Origin: an uncultured Bacteroidales bacterium
Lineage (GTDB): Bacteria > Bacteroidota > Bacteroidia > Bacteroidales > Bacteroidaceae
Assembly: GCA_902784475.1 (NCBI GenBank)
Contig: CACZUX010000003.1
Location: 3,530 to 67,529, forward strand
DNA: 64,000 nucleotides
Direction: 5' to 3'
The number at the start of each line of letters is the position of its first letter. Positions within the stretch are counted from its first letter, which is position 1. The position numbers and the translations under genes were made by a program. This document shows, piece by piece, positions 57,110 to 64,000 of the stretch. Under the pieces are notes generated by a model. The model was not told the DNA's origin. It saw nothing but the letters and a program-made list of their open reading frames with translations, and searched no databases.

Positions 57110-57149
57110 TATTGTATTTCTCTTTTTTTAAGTTTGGACTTTCCTATCC

Positions 57150-57419
57150 TTACTTCTTCTTCTGACCTGCATGGCCACCGAACTTGCGGGTGGGAGCAAA
57201 CTCACCCAACTTGTGGCCTACCATGTTCTCAGTGATGTAGACAGGAATAAACTTGTTGCCGTTGTGAACTCCTACTGTGTGTCCCACAAAGTCGGGAGAG
57301 ATCATAGAAGCACGAGACCAAGTCTTGACTACGGTCTTCTTGCCACTCTCATTCATGGCCAGAATCTTCTTCTCAAGACTCACCTCAATATACGGACCTT
57401 TCTTTAATGAACGACTCAT
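57150..57419 (-). CDS. rpsS: 30S ribosomal protein S19
   Basis: [11 protein letters not shown]...[46 protein letters not shown]. Confidence 0.98.
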   Translation of the reverse strand: MSRSLKKGPYIEVSLEKKILAMNESGKKTVVKTWSRASMISPDFVGHTVGVHNGNKFIPVYITENMVGHKLGEFAPTRKFGGHAGQKKK

Positions 57420-57446
57420 ATTACGAATTTGTCTTTAGTCTGTGTT

Positions 57447-58274
57447 TTACTTCTTGTTAGCTCTCTCGATAATGTACTTGTTGGACTGCTTCTTCGGAGC
57501 GCGCGTCTTGAGACCCTTAGCGTAGAGGCCCTTGCGCGAACGGGGATGACCACCGCTCTGACGGCCTTCACCACCACCCATCGGGTGATCGTGCGGGTTC
57601 ATGACAACGCCGCGGTTGTGGGGACGACGGCCCAGCCAACGGCTGCGACCGGCCTTACCGCTGCTTTCCAGAGCGTGATCGCTGTTGCCGACGCTGCCGA
57701 CGGTAGCCTTGCAGGCCGACAGGATCAGGCGGGTCTCGCCCGAAGGCAACTTAATCACGCAGTAACGACCCTCACGGCTGGTGAGCTGAGCGAAGTTACC
57801 TGCGCTGCGCACGAGCAGGGCACCCTGGCCGGGACGCAACTCGATGTTGTGGATCACCGTACCAACGGGAATGTTCTGCAGGGGCAGAGCATTGCCTACC
57901 TCGGGAGCTGCCTCGGCGCCGCTCATCACGGTGGCTCCTACTTTCAGTCCGTTGGGAGCAATGATATAACGCTTCTCACCGTCAGCGTAATACAACAAAG
58001 CGATACGAGCCGAACGGTTCGGATCATACTCAATCGTCTTAACGACTGCGGGAACACCATCCTTCTCACGTTTGAAATCGATGAAGCGGAACTTCTGCTT
58101 GTGACCGCCGCCGATGTAGCGCATGGTCATCTTACCGATGGTGTTACGGCCACCTGTAGAACGCTTGCCGCAAACGAGAGACTTCTCAGGTACCGATGCA
58201 GTAACCTCTTCGAAGGTACCTATAATCTTGTGTCTTTGGCCCGGGGTTGTGGGCTTGAATTTACGTACTGCCAT
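57447..58274 (-). CDS. rplB: 50S ribosomal protein L2
   Basis: [15 protein letters not shown]...[13 protein letters not shown]. Confidence 0.98.
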   Translation of the reverse strand: MAVRKFKPTTPGQRHKIIGTFEEVTASVPEKSLVCGKRSTGGRNTIGKMTMRYIGGGHKQKFRFIDFKREKDGVPAVVKTIEYDPNRSARIALLYYADGEKRYIIAPNGLKVGATVMSGAEAAPEVGNALPLQNIPVGTVIHNIELRPGQGALLVRSAGNFAQLTSREGRYCVIKLPSGETRLILSACKATVGSVGNSDHALESSGKAGRSRWLGRRPHNRGVVMNPHDHPMGGGEGRQSGGHPRSRKGLYAKGLKTRAPKKQSNKYIIERANKK

Positions 58275-58279
58275 TCTTA

Positions 58280-58570
58280 TTAAATATTGCTATAGAAATC
58301 TATTACGTCGCCTTCCTTCAGGGTCACGATGGCCTTCTTGAAGGCGTTGGTGCGACCCTTGATGAGGCCGGAGCGAGTGTAGCGGCTCTTGTTCTTGCCG
58401 GCATAGCGGCAAGTGTTGATGGCCACCACGGTCACGCCATACTTCTGCTCGATCTCCTTCTTCAGTTCAATCTTGCCTGCCTCAGGACGCACGATGAAGC
58501 CGAACTTGTTCTGCTTCTCTGTGATGGAGGTCATCTTCTCAGTGACCAGAGGTTTGATGATATTTGACAT
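58280..58570 (-). CDS. rplW: 50S ribosomal protein L23
   Basis: [24 protein letters not shown]. Operon position fits. Confidence 0.96.
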   Translation of the reverse strand: MSNIIKPLVTEKMTSITEKQNKFGFIVRPEAGKIELKKEIEQKYGVTVVAINTCRYAGKNKSRYTRSGLIKGRTNAFKKAIVTLKEGDVIDFYSNI

Positions 58571-58587
58571 AACTGTTCAGGCTCCTT

Positions 58588-59217
58588 TTACTTGTTTAAA
58601 TTACCCTCAATCACGGGCAGTGCACCTTCTGCAATGACCAGCACCTCTGCATCCATCACCTTGTAGGTGTTGAGCGCAGAAGCAGCCACTACAGCAGTAC
58701 GCTGCAGATTACGGGCCGACAAATATACAGCTTTATTCGCACCCGGGGTGACGAACAGAACCTTCTTGTTGTCGAGTTTAAGGTTTTTTAACACTTCGAT
58801 CATGCTCTTTGTCTTGGGGGCCTCGAAAGTGAAGTCCTCAACGACAATGATGCCGTTCTCCTTGGCCTTGTAAGAAAGGGCGCTCTTGCGGGCCAGCTGA
58901 CGCTGCTTCAGGTTCAGCTTGAAACCGTAGTCGCGGGGCTGGGGACCGAACACGCGGGCACCGCCAACGAGCACGGGGCTGTTGATGTCACCGCGACGTG
59001 CGCCGCCGCCGCCTTTCTGGCGACCGAGCTTGCGGGTAGAACCGCTGATCTCACTTCTCTCTTTGGACTTTGCCGTGCCCTGACGCTGGTTGGCCATAAT
59101 CAGCTTCACGTCCAGGTAAATGGCATGATCGTTGGGCTCGATGGCATAGATAGCATCGTTGAGCACAGCCTTCTTGGCAGTCTCCTTACCCTGAATATTC
59201 AGTACACTAACTTCCAT
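58588..59217 (-). CDS. rplD: 50S ribosomal protein L4
   Basis: [40 protein letters not shown]. Confidence 0.98.
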   Translation of the reverse strand: MEVSVLNIQGKETAKKAVLNDAIYAIEPNDHAIYLDVKLIMANQRQGTAKSKERSEISGSTRKLGRQKGGGGARRGDINSPVLVGGARVFGPQPRDYGFKLNLKQRQLARKSALSYKAKENGIIVVEDFTFEAPKTKSMIEVLKNLKLDNKKVLFVTPGANKAVYLSARNLQRTAVVAASALNTYKVMDAEVLVIAEGALPVIEGNLNK

Positions 59218-59218
59218 C

Positions 59219-59836
59219 TTACTTAATTACGCTAACGATTGAACCTTTGTAACCGGGAACACTACCCTTCAGCAGAAGCAGGTTGTGCTCGGGAATTACC
59301 TTTAACACTTGCAGGTTGTGCGTGGTCACACGCTGTGCGCCCATCTGGCCGCCCATACGCATGCCCTTGAACACCTTGGCGGGGTAAGAGCAGGCACCGA
59401 TAGAACCCGGCTTTCTCTGACGGTCGTCCTGGCCGTGGGTGATCTGACCCACGCCGCCGAAACCGTGGCGCTTGACAACGCCCTGGAAACCGCGACCCTT
59501 GCTCGTGGCGATAACGTCCACGAAAGCGGTGTCGGCAAACATCTCTACGGTGAGCTCCTGACCCAAGGTCAACTCACCTTCAAAACCCGTGAACTCGGCC
59601 AAGTGTCTCTTGGCGGTGGTTCCTGCCTTCTTGAAGTGGCCCATCATGGGAGCAGAAGTGTTCTTCTCCTTAGCCTCTTCAAAACCGAGCTGAACAGCCT
59701 CGTAACCGTCCTTTTCGACGTTCTTCAGCTGAGTAACCACGCAAGGACCCAATTCGATAACAGTGCACGGCACGTTCTTGCCGTCGGCACTGAAAACGGA
59801 AGTCATTCCGATTTTCTTTCCTAATAATCCTGGCAT
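59219..59836 (-). CDS. rplC: 50S ribosomal protein L3
   Basis: [15 protein letters not shown]...[15 protein letters not shown]. Confidence 0.98.
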   Translation of the reverse strand: MPGLLGKKIGMTSVFSADGKNVPCTVIELGPCVVTQLKNVEKDGYEAVQLGFEEAKEKNTSAPMMGHFKKAGTTAKRHLAEFTGFEGELTLGQELTVEMFADTAFVDVIATSKGRGFQGVVKRHGFGGVGQITHGQDDRQRKPGSIGACSYPAKVFKGMRMGGQMGAQRVTTHNLQVLKVIPEHNLLLLKGSVPGYKGSIVSVIK

Positions 59837-59906
59837 TTCAGTTTGAATTTATTGTTTGTTTATACTTAGTTTACTTTCTTGAAAACCTTTGGTTGCGCAG
59901 AGGGCA

Positions 59907-60221
59907 TCACACCTTGATCTCCACCTCAACGCCGCTGGGCAGCTGAAGCTTCATCAGGGCGTCTACGGTCTTCTCGTTGCTGTTGAAGATGTCGATCAGG
60001 CGCTTGTAGGCGCTCAGCTGGAACTGCTCGCGGCTCTTCTTGTTGACGAAGGTGGAGCGGTTCACGGTGAAGATGCGCTTGTGGGTGGGCAGGGGAATCG
60101 GGCCGCTCACGATGGCGCCGGTAATCTTCACGGTCTTCACAATCTGCTCGGCACTCTTGTCCACGAGCATGTGGTCGTAACTCTTCAACTTGATGCGAAT
60201 CTTAGGCTGATTCTGACTCAT
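59907..60221 (-). CDS. rpsJ: 30S ribosomal protein S10
   Basis: [40 protein letters not shown]. Confidence 0.98.
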   Translation of the reverse strand: MSQNQPKIRIKLKSYDHMLVDKSAEQIVKTVKITGAIVSGPIPLPTHKRIFTVNRSTFVNKKSREQFQLSAYKRLIDIFNSNEKTVDALMKLQLPSGVEVEIKV

Positions 60222-60286
60222 AATTCTTTCTTTTACTGTTTTTGTTACTTACTATCTTAATCCGTAAGAGTCATTTGCTACGGATT

Positions 60287-62404
<2,118 letters not shown>

Positions 62405-62428
62405 TTCCTTTTACCTTATAATATATTA

Positions 62429-62905
62429 TTAGAAACGGAAGTGGGCAAAAGCGCGGTTGGCCTCGGCCATGCGATGCATATCTTCCTTACGCTTGAAGGC
62501 GCCGCCCTGTTCGTTGTAGGCGTCCATGATCTCAGCAGCCAGCTTGTCGGCCATTGTCTTGCCGCCGCGCTTACGGGCAAACTGAATCAGGTTCTTCATG
62601 CTGACACTCTCTTTGCGGTCGGGACGGATCTCCGTGGGCACCTGGAAAGTGGCACCGCCGATACGACGGCTCTTCACCTCTACCTGGGGCGTGATCTTGT
62701 CCAGAGCCTCCTTCCAAATCTGGAGGGCGGGCTTCTCCTCGCTCTTCATCTTCTCACCCACGATCTCGAGGCTGTTGTAGAAGATATCGTAGGAGATGCT
62801 CTTCTTACCGTCGTACATGAGGTGGTTAACGAACTTCGACACCTTCACGTCGCCGAACACGGGATCGGGAAGGATGATTCTCTTCTTAGGTTTAGCTTTA
62901 CGCAT
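62429..62905 (-). CDS. rpsG: 30S ribosomal protein S7
   Basis: [36 protein letters not shown]. Confidence 0.98.
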   Translation of the reverse strand: MRKAKPKKRIILPDPVFGDVKVSKFVNHLMYDGKKSISYDIFYNSLEIVGEKMKSEEKPALQIWKEALDKITPQVEVKSRRIGGATFQVPTEIRPDRKESVSMKNLIQFARKRGGKTMADKLAAEIMDAYNEQGGAFKRKEDMHRMAEANRAFAHFRF

Positions 62906-63015
62906 TGTCTTGTTTGTTCTTTGTGTTCAGGGCTGTAGGATTTCCTTGTCTTCAACTTCTCCCACTGGAGCGTTTACTCAGGCCTGGCAACTGAACGGGT
63001 TAGTGATGGATTTCT

Positions 63016-63402
63016 TTACTTCTTCTTGTCTCCTTTGGGACGCTTGGCACCGTACTTCGAACGGCGCTGGGTGCGGTTGGCCACACCGGCCGTGTCGAGC
63101 GTGCCGCGCACGATGTGATAACGAACACCGGGAAGGTCCTTCACACGACCGCCGCGCACCAGCACGATGCTGTGCTCCTGCAGGTTGTGACCCTCACCGG
63201 GAATGTAACTGTTGACCTCCTTGGAGTTGGTCAAACGAACACGGGCTACCTTACGCATAGCCGAGTTAGGCTTCTTCGGGGTGGTCGTGTAAACACGGAC
63301 GCAAACACCGCGACGCTGAGGACAGCTGTCCAGAGCGGGGCTCTTGCTCTTGTCTGCCAACACCGAACGGCCTTTTCTTACCAATTGCTGAATTGTAGGC
63401 AT
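63016..63402 (-). CDS. rpsL: 30S ribosomal protein S12
   Basis: [12 protein letters not shown]...[18 protein letters not shown]...[20 protein letters not shown]. Confidence 0.99.
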   Translation of the reverse strand: MPTIQQLVRKGRSVLADKSKSPALDSCPQRRGVCVRVYTTTPKKPNSAMRKVARVRLTNSKEVNSYIPGEGHNLQEHSIVLVRGGRVKDLPGVRYHIVRGTLDTAGVANRTQRRSKYGAKRPKGDKKK

Positions 63403-63473
63403 TTTGTTGAATTTTTAGTTTATTTTGTGTGTATATATGTGCGTATATGGGCGCGTACTGCGCATTCGGTGGG

Positions 63474-63481
63474 CAAAGGTA
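63474..63481 (-). promoter_or_regulatory. -7 box (TAccTTTG) upstream of rpsL (candidate promoter of the str/S10/spc/alpha superoperon)
   Basis: The plus strand reads caaaggta, 71 nt upstream of the rpsL ATG. Confidence 0.5.
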
Positions 63482-63813
63482 CGGCTTTTTGTCGAAATAG
63501 CCATAACATTTCACACACTTTTTTCGTAAAAAGTCACATTTTTTTCATTTTTGCTCCGAAACGACCCTTTCTCCTCCCCTACTGAGAAAAATTTGCGCTC
63601 CAGTTAGAGAATTTTTGCGCCCCTGTTAGGGAACAGATTTCAGAGGCTTCCCAAACTGTTCTCAGAGGGTTCTCAGAGGCTTCGATTTGCAACACTTTTG
63701 TCAAGAGAAAATCAAGAGCGGAAGAGGAGGCTGGGTGCGGCCGCTAATATTAAAAAAACTTATAGCGGGCAAAGTTTTTGCGGAAAAAGTGGCCGTTGAC
63801 GCAAAAAAAGACG

Positions 63814-63821
63814 TATCTTTG
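63814..63821 (+). promoter_or_regulatory. -7 box (TAtcTTTG) upstream of the lemA-like gene
   Basis: tatctttg lies 31 nt upstream of the ATG at 63853. Confidence 0.55.
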
Positions 63822-63852
63822 CCGCGAAATTAATCTCTAAAATCAGAAAAAT

Positions 63853-64000
63853 ATGAGTACTTCCGTTATTATCCTCATCGTGGTGATCGCCCTCATCGTC
63901 ATCTGGGTCATCGGCATCTACAACACACTGGTTCACCTGCGCAACAACCGCGAGAGCGCTTTCGCCAACATCGACGTGCAGCTGCAGCAGCGCCACGACC
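63853..64000 (+). CDS. LemA family protein (partial; continues past the window end)
   Basis: My manual translation gives MSTSVIILIVVIALIVIWVIGIYNTLVHLRNNRESAFANIDVQLQQRHD, i.e. TM helix + YN.LV...IDVQL.RR.D, the LemA signature. The minus-strand track ORF 63760..63996 is its antisense shadow. Confidence 0.8.
   Translation, partial: MSTSVIILIVVIALIVIWVIGIYNTLVHLRNNRESAFANIDVQLQQRHD

Noticed and set aside
63760-63996. 78-aa minus-strand ORF at the right edge
   Set aside because: It is antisense to the plus-strand LemA N-terminus (TM helix + YN.LV...IDVQL), which has a promoter box and an ATG at 63853.

Overview
This is a 64 kb chromosomal window from a moderately GC-rich Bacteroidota genome, apparently Bacteroidales/Prevotella-like. 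The assignment rests on repeated TAnnTTTG -7 promoter boxes, a T9SS-type C-terminal sorting signal, and an rpsL-rpsG-fusA-rpsJ order without tuf.

Gene content, left to right:
- **1-6.3 kb:** a PorZ-like T9SS beta-propeller protein (partial, minus strand, missing from the ORF track because it runs off the window). It is start/stop-coupled to a Wzc-type tyrosine autokinase, which is divergent from a WbaP-type initiating phosphoglycosyltransferase.
- **6.3-10.4 kb:** two unknown proteins, then zapA, rny, a small HAD phosphatase and a Wza-like exporter.
- **10.4-13 kb:** a YihY-family protein, RNase P RNA (rnpB, minus strand) and an HtrA protease.
- **13.0-17.1 kb:** a tightly packed six-gene operon. 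It encodes a secreted protein, an HprK-like P-loop kinase, a soluble Ser/His S24/S26 peptidase, a PqqD/RRE protein, a DUF5103/T9SS-plug-like protein and a DUF1460 amidase-like protein.
- **17-19 kb:** a GH43 hydrolase and a DUF1294 protein, followed by an 11-bp x6 tandem repeat.
- **19.3-28.4 kb:** serB, an acyl-CoA ligase, a flippase and a GT2 joined by overlapping start/stop codons, then a convergent block of four GT genes.
- **28.4-36.2 kb:** a minus-strand run of trmH-like, aminopeptidase P, a glycyl-radical activase, a glycyl-radical eliminase (probably trans-4-hydroxyproline dehydratase), a prolidase and proC.
- **36.3-45.2 kb:** a PHP phosphatase, a MATE transporter, RlpA, a ProX/YbaK-like deacylase and an RND efflux operon (MFP-RND-TolC).
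- **45.3-63.4 kb:** the complete str/S10/spc/alpha ribosomal superoperon on the minus strand. It includes rpmJ and rpmD, which fall below the ORF-track size cut-off.
- **63.85 kb to the end:** a partial lemA-like gene.

I saw no CRISPR array, tRNA, rRNA, transposase or integrase. Most long ORFs lying antisense to these genes are codon-bias artefacts.

The best candidate for an undescribed system is the kinase / S24-like peptidase / PqqD cassette at 13.0-15.1 kb. It has no precursor, cyclase or radical-SAM partner. The second is the peptidase-flanked hydroxyproline dehydratase locus. All family assignments come from reading motifs by eye; no database search was run.
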